Assembly (NCBI GenBank): GCA_041751695.1
Contig: JBGSWX010000156.1
Span: 1 to 25,130 of the forward strand
DNA: 25,130 nt
Direction: 5' to 3'
Source: Burkholderiaceae bacterium
GTDB lineage: Bacteria > Pseudomonadota > Gammaproteobacteria > Burkholderiales > Burkholderiaceae_F
Shown here: positions 1 to 8,734 of the stretch, in pieces
Layout of the letters: the number at the start of each line of letters is the position of its first letter
Numbering within the stretch: the stretch's first letter is position 1
The notes under the pieces: generated by a model
The model's database searches: none
Told to the model about the DNA's origin: nothing
What the model saw: only the letters and a program-made list of their open reading frames with translations
Translations under genes and position numbers: made by a program

Positions 1-181
1 GGCGCTGGGCAGTCCTGTCGAAGATCTCACAACTGCGCGTGCTCGACCAACGCTTTGGTGGCAGCGGCCAGTACCTTCCGGCCGGCACGTCAAGTGGGAC
101 ACGTTGTTCGCAACGGTTTCGCCGCCTGCTGCGGCACCGGACGCGCGATAATCTCGCGCTTCTTCGCAACTCGCGCTCAAG

Positions 182-2080
182 ATGGAAACGCAAACTGCCC
201 CCGGCAAGGAAACACTCGGCTTTCAAGCCGAGGTCAAGCAGCTGTTGCAGCTGATGATTCACTCGCTGTACAGCAACAAGGAAATATTTTTACGGGAATT
301 GATCAGCAACGCCTCGGATGCGTGCGACAAGCTGCGCTTTGAAGCGATGTCGCAGCCGCAGCTGCTCGAAGGCCATTCGGAGCTCGGCATTAGCGTGGCG
401 TTGGACCCGGCGGCACGCACGATCACGGTGTCTGACAACGGTATCGGAATGTCGCGCACCGATGCGATCGAGCACCTGGGAACGATCGCCAAGTCGGGCA
501 CGCGCGAGTTTTTCTCGCAGTTGTCGGGTGATCAGCAGAAGGACGCTCAGCTGATCGGGCAGTTCGGTGTCGGCTTTTATTCGAGCTTCATCGTGGCCGA
601 TCGCGTCACCGTCGTATCACGGCGCGCCGGCACCGGTGCATCCGAGGCGATTCGATGGGAGAGCGACGGCGGAGGTGAGTTCACGATCGAGCCGGCGCAG
701 CGTGCGGAGTCAGGCACCGACGTCACGCTGCATTTGCGCGACGGTGAAGACGAGTTCTTGTCGGCTTCGAAACTGAAGTCGGTGGTCATGCGCTACTCGG
801 ATCACATCTCGCTGCCGATTCGGATGCGCAAGGAAGTGTGGGACCCAGATAAGAGCGAATACCGGCCCACCGACGAGCTCGAGACGATCAATCAGGCCAG
901 TGCGTTATGGACGCGCGCCAAATCGGACATCACCGACGAGCAGTACCGCGAGTTCTACAAGCATGTGTCGCACGACTTTGGCGATCCGCTGGCGTGGACG
1001 CACAACCGGGTGGAAGGCCGCACCGAGTACATCCAGCTGCTGTATCTGCCCGAGCGCGCGCCGTTCGATCTGTGGGACCGCGATCAGCGGCATGGCCTGA
1101 AGCTGTACGTCAGGCGCGTTTTCATCATGGACGATGCGGGCGATTTGATGCCTGCTTATCTGCGCTTCGTGCGCGGCGTGATCGACTCGTCGGACCTGCC
1201 GCTGAATGTCTCGCGTGAAATTCTGCAGGAGAGCCGCGATGTCAAGTCGATCCGCGAAGGATCGACCAAGCGCGTGCTCGGCATGCTCGAGGACCTGGCC
1301 GAAAACCAGAAAGACAAGTACGGCGCGTTCTGGAAGGAATTCGGGCAGGTGCTGAAGGAGGGTGTCGGCGAAGACGCCGCCAATCGCGAGCGCATTGCGA
1401 AGTTGTTGCGATTCGCGTCGACCACTCGCGATGCGCAGGATGTATCGCTCGCCGACTACGTCGCCCGCATGAAGGCCGCGCAAAAGGCGATTTACTACGT
1501 GACCGCCGATTCGCTCGAGGCGGGCAAGATGAGCCCGCATCTGGAAGTTTTTCTGCGTAAGGAAGTCGAAGTGTTGATTCTCACCGACCGCGTCGACGAG
1601 TGGATGCTGTCGTTCCTGAGCGAGTTCGACGGCAAGCCGCTGCTGTCAGTGGCCAAAGGCGATCTCGACCTCGGCGATCTGGCCGATGCCAATGAGAAGG
1701 AAGAGCAGCGCAAAGCGGTCGAGCAGAGCAAGGATCTGATCGAAGCGGTCAAGGCCGCGCTCGGCGAGCGCGTCAAGGACGTACGAGTGACCTTGCGCCT
1801 GACCGACTCGCCCGCGTGCATCGTGGCCGATGAGCACGCAATGAGCCAGCATCTGCAGCGCTTGCTGAAAGCGGCCGGGCAGAGCGCGCCGGCCTCCCGG
1901 CCGGTGCTCGAGCTCAATCCGCATCACCCATTGGTAGAGCGACTCAAACCCCACGATCCGCAACTGCCCGAGTGGTCGGCACTGCTGCTCGATCAGGCGG
2001 TGCTGGCCGAAGGTGGGCAGCTCGACAACCCCGCGCAGTTCGTGAAGCGATTGAATACGATGCTGCTCAATGCCGGCTAA
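182..2080 (+). CDS. htpG: Molecular chaperone HtpG (Hsp90), 632 aa
   Basis: N-terminal [38 protein letters not shown] motifs DNGIGM and [10 protein letters not shown], middle-domain [11 protein letters not shown]; full length. Confidence 0.98.
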   Translation: METQTAPGKETLGFQAEVKQLLQLMIHSLYSNKEIFLRELISNASDACDKLRFEAMSQPQLLEGHSELGISVALDPAARTITVSDNGIGMSRTDAIEHLGTIAKSGTREFFSQLSGDQQKDAQLIGQFGVGFYSSFIVADRVTVVSRRAGTGASEAIRWESDGGGEFTIEPAQRAESGTDVTLHLRDGEDEFLSASKLKSVVMRYSDHISLPIRMRKEVWDPDKSEYRPTDELETINQASALWTRAKSDITDEQYREFYKHVSHDFGDPLAWTHNRVEGRTEYIQLLYLPERAPFDLWDRDQRHGLKLYVRRVFIMDDAGDLMPAYLRFVRGVIDSSDLPLNVSREILQESRDVKSIREGSTKRVLGMLEDLAENQKDKYGAFWKEFGQVLKEGVGEDAANRERIAKLLRFASTTRDAQDVSLADYVARMKAAQKAIYYVTADSLEAGKMSPHLEVFLRKEVEVLILTDRVDEWMLSFLSEFDGKPLLSVAKGDLDLGDLADANEKEEQRKAVEQSKDLIEAVKAALGERVKDVRVTLRLTDSPACIVADEHAMSQHLQRLLKAAGQSAPASRPVLELNPHHPLVERLKPHDPQLPEWSALLLDQAVLAEGGQLDNPAQFVKRLNTMLLNAG

Positions 2081-2603
2081 GCCGGCCGCGCCGTCGCTGC
2101 GCGGTTTTCCTCCGGTCATCGACCGTCACATCGAGCGCCTGATCCTTGGCAGTTTTCCCTCCGAAGCGTCACTCGCTGCCGGCCAGTATTACGCGCACCC
2201 GCGCAACCAGTTCTGGCGGCTGCTGTCCGATCTGCTCGACGAGCCGCTGGTTGCGCTGCCGTATCGGCAGCGCCTGGTGCGCGTGTTGACGCATCGGCTC
2301 GGCGTCTGGGATGTGCTGCAAGCCTGCGATCGGCAGGGCAGCGGGGATGCTGCGATCCGCAACCAGAAGGCCAATGCTTTCGCGCGCCTGCGCCGGTTGG
2401 CGCCGCACCTGTCGAGTGTGGCCTTCAATGGACAGGCGGCGGGGCACTACGCGGGTGGGTTTGCGGCCGCGGGCTTCAGAACGACGGTGTTGCCGTCTTC
2501 GAGCCCGGCGCATGCGGGAAGCTCGTACGAGCAGAAACGGACCGTCTGGCGGGCGTGGTGGACCGCTTCGCCCTCTAAAGGCGGGCCAGCCCCGGGCCAA
2601 TAG
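2070..2603 (+). CDS. DNA-deoxyinosine (hypoxanthine)/uracil-DNA glycosylase superfamily protein, 177 aa
   Basis: [35 protein letters not shown] and LPSSSPAHA match the UDG-superfamily HDG/MUG-like pattern; start overlaps the htpG stop by 11 nt. Confidence 0.85.
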   Translation: MPAKPAAPSLRGFPPVIDRHIERLILGSFPSEASLAAGQYYAHPRNQFWRLLSDLLDEPLVALPYRQRLVRVLTHRLGVWDVLQACDRQGSGDAAIRNQKANAFARLRRLAPHLSSVAFNGQAAGHYAGGFAAAGFRTTVLPSSSPAHAGSSYEQKRTVWRAWWTASPSKGGPAPGQ

Positions 2604-2619
2604 GCCGAGATGCGGCCTA
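2601..2619. other. Short GC-rich inverted repeat beginning at the glycosylase stop codon
   Basis: TAGGCCG-AGATG-CGGCCTA: 7-bp perfect stem, 5-nt loop, no U-tract. Function unknown. Confidence 0.35.
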
Positions 2620-2712
2620 ATGGGCGGCAATTACCGGCGCCGCCAAGCTGCCTTAATCGGCTAATCTTTCCACCCTCGGGCGCGGCCGTCGTGCCCCCAC
2701 AACAACTCACTT

Positions 2713-5145
2713 GTGAGCGCCACACCCAATTCGACTCCCGGACGCGCCAGTCGCACGACGGTTCACCGCGTCATCGGCGAAATGCGCAAGATGGTGCGCA
2801 CGCAGTTCGAGCCGCTGCTGCCCGAGGCTGCGCGCGAAGCAATTCAAGCGATTGACGCGGACGACACCGCTTCGGCGACGCTGAAAAAATCGGTGCGCCG
2901 GCTGCTGGTCGATCAGCGCGAATTTTCCAATGCGTTTTTCACCGCGGTCGACAGCCACATCGATGCTGCGATCGACGAGCTGTTCAGCGGCGGCGGTGAA
3001 AAGAAATCGGGCGCACCGGCCGGCGGCAACGCGTTGAGCCTGTCGCTGGTCGAGTACGACGAGATGGAAGAAGCGATGGTGATCGATCGCTTTTCATCCC
3101 GCATTCGCAATGCGGCCGACGCATCGTTTAATCCGCTCACACAGCGGCTCGCCAGGGCGCTGCAAATTCCGGGGTTGGGCGATCGTGAAAACCCGCTTCA
3201 TCCTGTGCGTTTTTGCCGCGCGCTGGGCGACGCGATCGACAAGCTCGGGTTCAAGGGCGATCAGCGCCATGCGGTGCTCAAGGCGTTCGATGTCAGCCTA
3301 TTGAAGCCTTTGGTGGCTGTTTACACCGCGCTCAATGACGACTTGCAAGGCAAGGGCGTGCAGGAAGGCGCCGCCGCGTCGTCCGGCTACAAAAACACCA
3401 CCGCCGGTTTTCGAAATACGATGATTGGCGGCGCCAGCTCGGGCCGGCCGTCGCAGCAGGGCCAGATGCCTGGACAGGCCACCGGCGCCACGGCAGAGCA
3501 GCTGCTGAGCGCGCTGTATCAGCGCATGCAAGTGCCGGTCACTCCGGGCGGCATGCGGCCGATGCCGATGATGCACACGCAGCAGCCTGCGATGCCGATG
3601 TTCGATCGGGTTGAGCCGGTGACGGGCGCCTCGCCGATGTCGCCCGGCTTCGTCATCACCGGCGCGATGTCGATGCCGGTCGCGCCCGGCACACCGATGC
3701 AGTTTGCCGCCATCGATCCGGGTCTGCTGGCATCGATCAACGAAGTGCAGCGCTTGAACGCCATGGCCACCATGGCCGGCAAGAGCGGAGCCGCAGCGCA
3801 GATGATCAGCGAGCGCGACGAGGCGCATTTGCGCTCGCACGTCGCTGAAAAAGCGACCAAGCAGATCGACAAGCTGACGATCGAGCTGGTCGGCATGGTG
3901 TTCGATCGCATTCATCAGGACAAGCACCTGCCGGTGGAAATCAAGACCGCGATATCGCGCCTTCAGTTTCCGATCATGAAGATAGCGCTGTCGGATTCCG
4001 ATCTGTTCGTCTCGCCGGTGCAGCCGGCGCGCCGGCTGATGGATCGCATCGCCAGCACCGGCATCGGCTGGCGACCCGAAGGCGAGGATAACGTTCGTTA
4101 TCTGTCCGAGGTCACCAAGGCGGTCAACACCGTGGTCCTCGCGATCAACGACGGCCCGCCGATTTTCGAGAAGGCACTCGGCGAGTTCGAGCAATACCTG
4201 GCCGAGGAGCGGGTGCGCGACGATGACCCGGTCACACGCGCGAAGCGAGCGCTCGAGGAGGCCGAGACGCGCGAGATCATGTCGATTAACGCCGCCATCG
4301 GCATTCGGCAAGCGTTCGACGGCGTGCAAATCGAATCGTATCTGCGCGACTTTCTGCTGGGAGCCTGGGTCAAGGTCCTGGTCGCCGCGACGCTGCGCGA
4401 GCGCACGCAGCCGTCGTTCGCCAAGAAGTTTCGCGATGTCGTGCCCGATGTCGTGTGGAGCGTGCAGCCGAAGATCGATCCGGAGGAGCGCAAGCGCCTG
4501 GTCAAGACGATTCCCGCGGTGCTCAGTACGGTGCGCGAGGGCCTGCAGCTGACGGACTTTTCTGCTTCCCAATCGCAGGAATTTTTTTCGCGCTTGATGA
4601 CCTCGCACGCGCAGGCCGTCAAGGCGCTCGAAGTCGCCTACGGCACCGGCGCTCCGCTCGACCCGGCAGCGTTCAAGCGCAAGTTCGATGAAGTCAAGAT
4701 CGTCGAGCCGCCGCCGATGGTCGAAGAAGAACCCCAGTACCTCACCATCACACCGGAAGCCGTGCGCAGCGCAGTGGCCGCCAATCATGCGGAGGTCAAT
4801 CTGGTGGAGGCGCCACTGACCGTGCAGCCCGAGGAGATGATCCCGATCGAGAAACTGTCCGACGGCGACATCGACGTCATGATCGGAGGCTGGCAGCGCG
4901 GCACCTGGTTCGATCTATGGACCGGCGAGCAGACCGAGCGCGTGCGCCTGCGCTGGATCAGCCCGCGCCGCAATTTTTATCTGTTCACGTCCGCCGAGAC
5001 CGGCAAGGCGCACAGCTTGGCGCCGCTGATATTGCGTGGCTACGTGCGCGCCGGACGACTCAGGACGACCGAGAGCGCGCCGCTGTTTGAGCGCGTGGTC
5101 GACGGCCTGATGCGCGATCTGCAGCCTGAAGGCGCGCCGGCTTAG
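2713..5145 (+). CDS. DUF1631-like protein, paralog A (810 aa, GTG start)
   Basis: Long helical ORF with LSLSLVEYDEMEE, RENPLHP, IELVGMVFD...ISRLQFPIMKIAL...PARRLMDRIA, WSVQPK and a C-terminal RGTWFDL...LRWISP module, the pattern I recognise for DUF1631 (PF07793). Clear similarity to 6237-8615. Confidence 0.8.
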   Translation: MSATPNSTPGRASRTTVHRVIGEMRKMVRTQFEPLLPEAAREAIQAIDADDTASATLKKSVRRLLVDQREFSNAFFTAVDSHIDAAIDELFSGGGEKKSGAPAGGNALSLSLVEYDEMEEAMVIDRFSSRIRNAADASFNPLTQRLARALQIPGLGDRENPLHPVRFCRALGDAIDKLGFKGDQRHAVLKAFDVSLLKPLVAVYTALNDDLQGKGVQEGAAASSGYKNTTAGFRNTMIGGASSGRPSQQGQMPGQATGATAEQLLSALYQRMQVPVTPGGMRPMPMMHTQQPAMPMFDRVEPVTGASPMSPGFVITGAMSMPVAPGTPMQFAAIDPGLLASINEVQRLNAMATMAGKSGAAAQMISERDEAHLRSHVAEKATKQIDKLTIELVGMVFDRIHQDKHLPVEIKTAISRLQFPIMKIALSDSDLFVSPVQPARRLMDRIASTGIGWRPEGEDNVRYLSEVTKAVNTVVLAINDGPPIFEKALGEFEQYLAEERVRDDDPVTRAKRALEEAETREIMSINAAIGIRQAFDGVQIESYLRDFLLGAWVKVLVAATLRERTQPSFAKKFRDVVPDVVWSVQPKIDPEERKRLVKTIPAVLSTVREGLQLTDFSASQSQEFFSRLMTSHAQAVKALEVAYGTGAPLDPAAFKRKFDEVKIVEPPPMVEEEPQYLTITPEAVRSAVAANHAEVNLVEAPLTVQPEEMIPIEKLSDGDIDVMIGGWQRGTWFDLWTGEQTERVRLRWISPRRNFYLFTSAETGKAHSLAPLILRGYVRAGRLRTTESAPLFERVVDGLMRDLQPEGAPA

Positions 5146-5308
5146 TGGCCTGTAACAGCCGAATCCAGGCCGAAGGACGCGCCACTCGGCGTGCAGGGCT
5201 AGGCGCAAAGCACAGCAATACTCGAAGGTATTGCGAGCATTTGCAACGCCGCCATGCGCGTCGATGGCGTGGCAGGCGGGCTAGGCATTTGGCCGTTACA
5301 GGCGACTA
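5143..5308. mobile_element. MITE / ERIC-like non-autonomous element: 162-bp body (5145-5306) with TA target duplication
   Basis: Terminal inverted repeats GTGGCCTGTAACAGCCGAAT (5145-5164) and 5287-5306 (reverse complement GTCGCCTGTAACGGCCAAAT), 17/20 identical. TA at 5143-5144 and 5307-5308. Central hairpin GCAATAC-tcgaag-GTATTGC (5215-5234) lies at the midpoint. No transposase in the window. Confidence 0.7.
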
Positions 5309-5309
5309 A

Positions 5310-6068
5310 GTGTCGCGTAGCCGGAGCAGTAGTCCAGTCACCCTTTCGGAAGAAGATGGCGTCCGCTATCTGCACTTCGGGACCCAATGGGTGCAAGGCG
5401 GCATGCGCATTGCGCGGCCGTTCGCATTGGAACTCGAGTACCAGCGGCAGATGATGGCGGTCGGACTATTTTTGCCGCAGCCGCAATCCATCGTGCAACT
5501 GGGTCTGGGCGCCGGTGCGCTCACCAAATTCTGTTTGCGCCATGTGGCCAGCGCGCGCATCGTCGCCGTCGAGCTCAGCGTCGATGTCGTCGATGCGGCG
5601 CGCGCTTGGTTTTGCCTTCCTCAGGACGACGCGCGCTTGACGGTGATCAACGCTGATGCGCGCGCGTTCATCAGCCATCCACGGCAGCGCGGCTGTGCCG
5701 ATTGGCTGCAGGTCGATATCTACGACGCTGACGCACGCGGCCCGGTGTATGACGACGTCGCGTTCTACCGCGCGTGTGCGAAGGCGTTGCGAGCCCCCGG
5801 TGTCGCGGCGTTCAATCTGTTCGGCCGACGCTTCGATCCGAGCTTCGCGGCGATCACAGAGGCGTTCAAAGATCGTGCACTCGTGCTGCCCGAAGTCGAT
5901 GAGGGCAACCGTGTCGTGCTGGCCTTCGCCGGCCCGCTGCTCGACGTGTCGTTTGCTGCACTTAACCGGCGCGCGCGCGAACTCGAAGAGCGCTGGAAAC
6001 TCGCCGCGCGCGGCTGGGTTGCGGGGCTGCGTCGCGCGAACGCGTTCGGCGCGACGTTTTCTGTTTGA
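5310..6068 (+). CDS. Spermidine-synthase-fold, class I SAM-binding protein (probable methyltransferase), 252 aa
   Basis: SEEDGVRYLHFGTQWVQGGM, LELEYQRQMM, QLGLGAGAL (SAM-binding glycine loop), VAVELS, DARAFI, QVDIYD, PGVAAFNLF. Confidence 0.8.
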   Translation: MSRSRSSSPVTLSEEDGVRYLHFGTQWVQGGMRIARPFALELEYQRQMMAVGLFLPQPQSIVQLGLGAGALTKFCLRHVASARIVAVELSVDVVDAARAWFCLPQDDARLTVINADARAFISHPRQRGCADWLQVDIYDADARGPVYDDVAFYRACAKALRAPGVAAFNLFGRRFDPSFAAITEAFKDRALVLPEVDEGNRVVLAFAGPLLDVSFAALNRRARELEERWKLAARGWVAGLRRANAFGATFSV

Positions 6069-6070
6069 AA

Positions 6071-6087
6071 CCGATGCGAAACATCGG
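6071..6087 (+). terminator. Weak hairpin after the methyltransferase stop
   Basis: CCGATG-cgaaa-CATCGG, 6-bp stem starting 2 nt after the TGA; no clear U-tract. Confidence 0.2.
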
Positions 6088-6139
6088 CTAATGCCTTCAA
6101 TTTAGGGATATTTTGCTACCAGTAACTGCTTAAACTTGC

Positions 6140-6167
6140 TTGACAGCCTGTGCGACGCGGATAGAGT
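6140..6167 (+). promoter_or_regulatory. Putative sigma70 promoter for DUF1631 paralog B and the ATPase
   Basis: Perfect TTGACA (6140-6145), 16-nt spacer, TAGAGT (6162-6167), in a locally AT-rich intergenic stretch about 70 nt upstream of ATG 6237. Confidence 0.6.
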
Positions 6168-6236
6168 CCGCCGTCTATAGTGTCGAAGCCGCTGAGTGTG
6201 CGGCGTCTGAAACCTTGCCAAGAAACCAGGGACTGC

Positions 6237-8615
6237 ATGGAGTTTCCTCCGGCTTCCGAACCGTCGCGCACCAGCAGTGACGTGCCGTTTGTGACGGCGG
6301 CGCAGGCGTCTGCGCTGCTGAAGTCCGGCATGGCGATTTCCAACGAGCTGATCGGCGCCGCGTTCCCTGAGTTTGCCAAGACGATTCTCGACGATCTTTC
6401 CGGCAAGTGGGATTTCGATGTCGGGTCGCCGCTGGTGCAGCGGCATCTGGCTGCGAAGTTCGACGATCTGCACCACACGTTCATGGCGCGCCTGCAGGAA
6501 ACGCAGGATCAATATTTCCACGAAATCACCGTGGGCCGGGTGCAGGCGCCTCCCGGCTCGCTCGATGCAGAAACGCTGTCGCTGGTCGATTCGATTTCGG
6601 TTGAAAGCAACACCGTGGTCGAGCGCCACGCGAGCAAGGTCGCCGGCTACGCCGAGCAATCGCTGCGCGATCTGAATCTGGTGGTGGCGTTCCTGCTGGG
6701 CAGAAGCAACGTTCGCAGCTCTGAGAATCCGCTTGGCCCCGGGGTGTACGTGCGCGCATTGCTGCGCGCTGCCGAAGACACCGACCTGCATAAGGAGGCG
6801 TGGGAGTTTTTTCTGACGGTGTTCGAGAAGCCGTTCGGCGAGGAGCTGGCGCGCATCGTGCGGCAGCTTCTGGATCACTACGCCAATCACGGCGTCGACG
6901 TGCGCGCAGTGCGCAGAACGCGGGCGGCGCCCAAGCAGTCGAGTACTCCGTGGCAGGTTCCGGGCAGTGGCGCCCCGGCAAACGCCGGCAATAGCGCTTC
7001 GAATTCGGAGGCAAGCCCGCGTGGAAACAATGCGGCGGGCGCCCAGGCGAGGTCGCAGGGCGGTGCAGGCCAGGGGCCTGAAGAACCGAACATGCTGCTC
7101 GGCGGATTGTTGACGCGCCTGCAAGCCAACGCCCGCGGATCTCGGCTGCCGCATCTCCCCTCGCACGGTCCGGCGCCGCAGCAGTTGCTGCAGTCGATCG
7201 GCGAGTTTCAGCAGATGAACCTGCACGAGCTCGGTCCGAGCGGAAATTTTGCGCTTCCGACCGAATCGGTCAGCGCGATGCGCGACGAGCTGATTTCGAA
7301 GTCCACGCGCGTGGTCGACAAGTTGACGATCGAGCTGGTCGGCATGCTGTTCGATCACGTGATGCAGGACAAGCAAGTGCCCTCGGAGATCAAGGCGCGC
7401 ATTTCACGGCTGCAGTTTCCGGTGCTCAAGTCGGCGCTGATGGATGCCGCGTTTTTTGCGTCCAGTGCGCATCCGGCGCGCAAGCTGATCGACCGCATCG
7501 CCGGCACGTCCGCCGGGTGGGAGCCGTATGGCGACGACAACCAGCGCTATTTGAAGGAAGTCGATCGGGTCATCACCGAGATTCTGAAAAATTTTGAAAC
7601 CGATCTCGGCGTATTTGAGCGGCTGTACGGTGAGTTCGACAAGTTCGTCTCCGACATCGCGCCCGAAGAAAACGATCCGGTGTCGCGCGCCAAGAAAGCG
7701 CTCGAGTCGGCCGAGAAGCACGAGATTCTGACGATCAACACGACGATTCAGGTCAGGCGCGCATTCGAGCGGGTCGATCTCGAGCCTTACATCAAGGAGT
7801 TCCTGCTCGGTGCTTGGGTCAAGGTGCTGGTCGCTGCGACGATACGGCAGGAGAAGACGCCCGGATTTGCGAAAGCGTTCCGCGATGTCATTCACGAGGT
7901 GGTGTGGTCGGTGCAGCCGAAGGCGAGCACCGAAGATCGCGGCAAGCTGGTCAAGCTGATCCCCAGCATGGTGCGCGTGCTGCGCGACGGTTTCGGCCTG
8001 ATCAACGTGCCCGAGCGCGACCGCGAATTGTTTTTCACGCAGCTGATGGAATCACACGCGATGGCCGTCAAGCCGGTCGATCAGGCGACCTATATCAAGT
8101 CGAGCCTGCTCGCCTCCGAGCTGCGCGCCAAGATCGACGGCATGCAGTTGTCAGGCGTGTTCCCGGTCACGACCGTGCCGGGCGGCATCAAGGTGCCGAC
8201 CAACGTCATCATGCGCGCCGCTGCTGAGCACAAGGCCGATATTTTCATGCCCGATCCGGTGACCGACATCGGGCGGCTCGACCCGGTCGAAGACGCGCGC
8301 GTGCAGGAAGAAATCGGCCGCTGGCAGCGTGGCAACTGGTTCAAGCTGTGGAACGGCATGGAGTTCTCGCGCGCCAAGCTGCGCTGGATGAGCCCGTTGC
8401 GAACGTTGTTCCTGTTCGCCAGCGAGCACGATCAGAAAGCGCACGTGATGTCGGCCGACATGTTGAAGTCATACCTGGCGCGCAAGTACATCGAGCCGCT
8501 CGAAAGCGTGCCGCTGACCAAGCGCGCGGTCGATGCGGTAGTGGCCGATTTTGAGAACGTCCCCGATCGGGCGAAGTCGATGGCCAAGCGCTACGAGGCG
8601 TCGCAACCGGCATGA
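6237..8615 (+). CDS. DUF1631-like protein, paralog B (792 aa from ATG 6237; the ORF track extends it to GTG 6180)
   Basis: Same motif order as paralog A: LSLVDS, SENPLGP, IELVGMLFD...ISRLQFPVLKSAL...PARKLIDRIA, LLGAWVKVLVAAT, WSVQPK, RGNWFKL...LRWMSP. ATG 6237 fits the upstream promoter better than GTG 6180. Confidence 0.8.
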   Translation: MEFPPASEPSRTSSDVPFVTAAQASALLKSGMAISNELIGAAFPEFAKTILDDLSGKWDFDVGSPLVQRHLAAKFDDLHHTFMARLQETQDQYFHEITVGRVQAPPGSLDAETLSLVDSISVESNTVVERHASKVAGYAEQSLRDLNLVVAFLLGRSNVRSSENPLGPGVYVRALLRAAEDTDLHKEAWEFFLTVFEKPFGEELARIVRQLLDHYANHGVDVRAVRRTRAAPKQSSTPWQVPGSGAPANAGNSASNSEASPRGNNAAGAQARSQGGAGQGPEEPNMLLGGLLTRLQANARGSRLPHLPSHGPAPQQLLQSIGEFQQMNLHELGPSGNFALPTESVSAMRDELISKSTRVVDKLTIELVGMLFDHVMQDKQVPSEIKARISRLQFPVLKSALMDAAFFASSAHPARKLIDRIAGTSAGWEPYGDDNQRYLKEVDRVITEILKNFETDLGVFERLYGEFDKFVSDIAPEENDPVSRAKKALESAEKHEILTINTTIQVRRAFERVDLEPYIKEFLLGAWVKVLVAATIRQEKTPGFAKAFRDVIHEVVWSVQPKASTEDRGKLVKLIPSMVRVLRDGFGLINVPERDRELFFTQLMESHAMAVKPVDQATYIKSSLLASELRAKIDGMQLSGVFPVTTVPGGIKVPTNVIMRAAAEHKADIFMPDPVTDIGRLDPVEDARVQEEIGRWQRGNWFKLWNGMEFSRAKLRWMSPLRTLFLFASEHDQKAHVMSADMLKSYLARKYIEPLESVPLTKRAVDAVVADFENVPDRAKSMAKRYEASQPA

Positions 8616-8734
8616 GTCGTCCGCCGGGCCGACACAAGGACGGCGCGGGTCCCTCCTGGAGGGACCGCGCGCAGCGCCAGGGAGCACAAATGAGCCCCGG
8701 GGGGACCGCGCGTAGCGCCAGAGGCCAACAATGA
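8612..8734 (+). CDS. Possible 40-aa bridge peptide encoded by the repeat (MSRPPGRHKDGAGPSWRDRAQRQGAQMSPGGTARSARGQQ)
   Basis: Its ATG overlaps the paralog B TGA (ATGA 8612-8615) and its own TGA overlaps the ATPase ATG (ATGA 8731-8734). Translation is not demonstrated. Confidence 0.3.
   Translation: MSRPPGRHKDGAGPSWRDRAQRQGAQMSPGGTARSARGQQ

Noticed and set aside
1-181. Possible 3' end of an upstream gene (frame 2 is open to TAA 149-151) and an htpG heat-shock promoter
   Set aside because: No recognisable family motif in any frame, and no CIRCE or sigma32 (CTTGAA/CCCCAT) match; only a GATAAT inside a 6-bp inverted repeat. Not decidable without upstream sequence.
2601-2643. Hairpins after the glycosylase gene considered as an intrinsic terminator
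   Set aside because: Stems of only 6-7 bp with no U-tract on either strand; kept only as a low-confidence inverted repeat.
3298-4788. 496-aa antisense ORF, and similar long shadow ORFs at 6102-7376 (-), 22473-24236 (-), 905-1540 (-) and 19106-19948 (+)
   Set aside because: They lie entirely over well-supported genes, are rich in Arg/Ala/His/Gly with no family motifs, and are expected in GC-rich DNA where stop codons are rare off-frame.
5215-5234. GCAATAC-N6-GTATTGC considered as a transcription-factor operator
   Set aside because: It sits at the midpoint of the inverted-repeat-bounded element, so it is more simply the central hairpin of the MITE.
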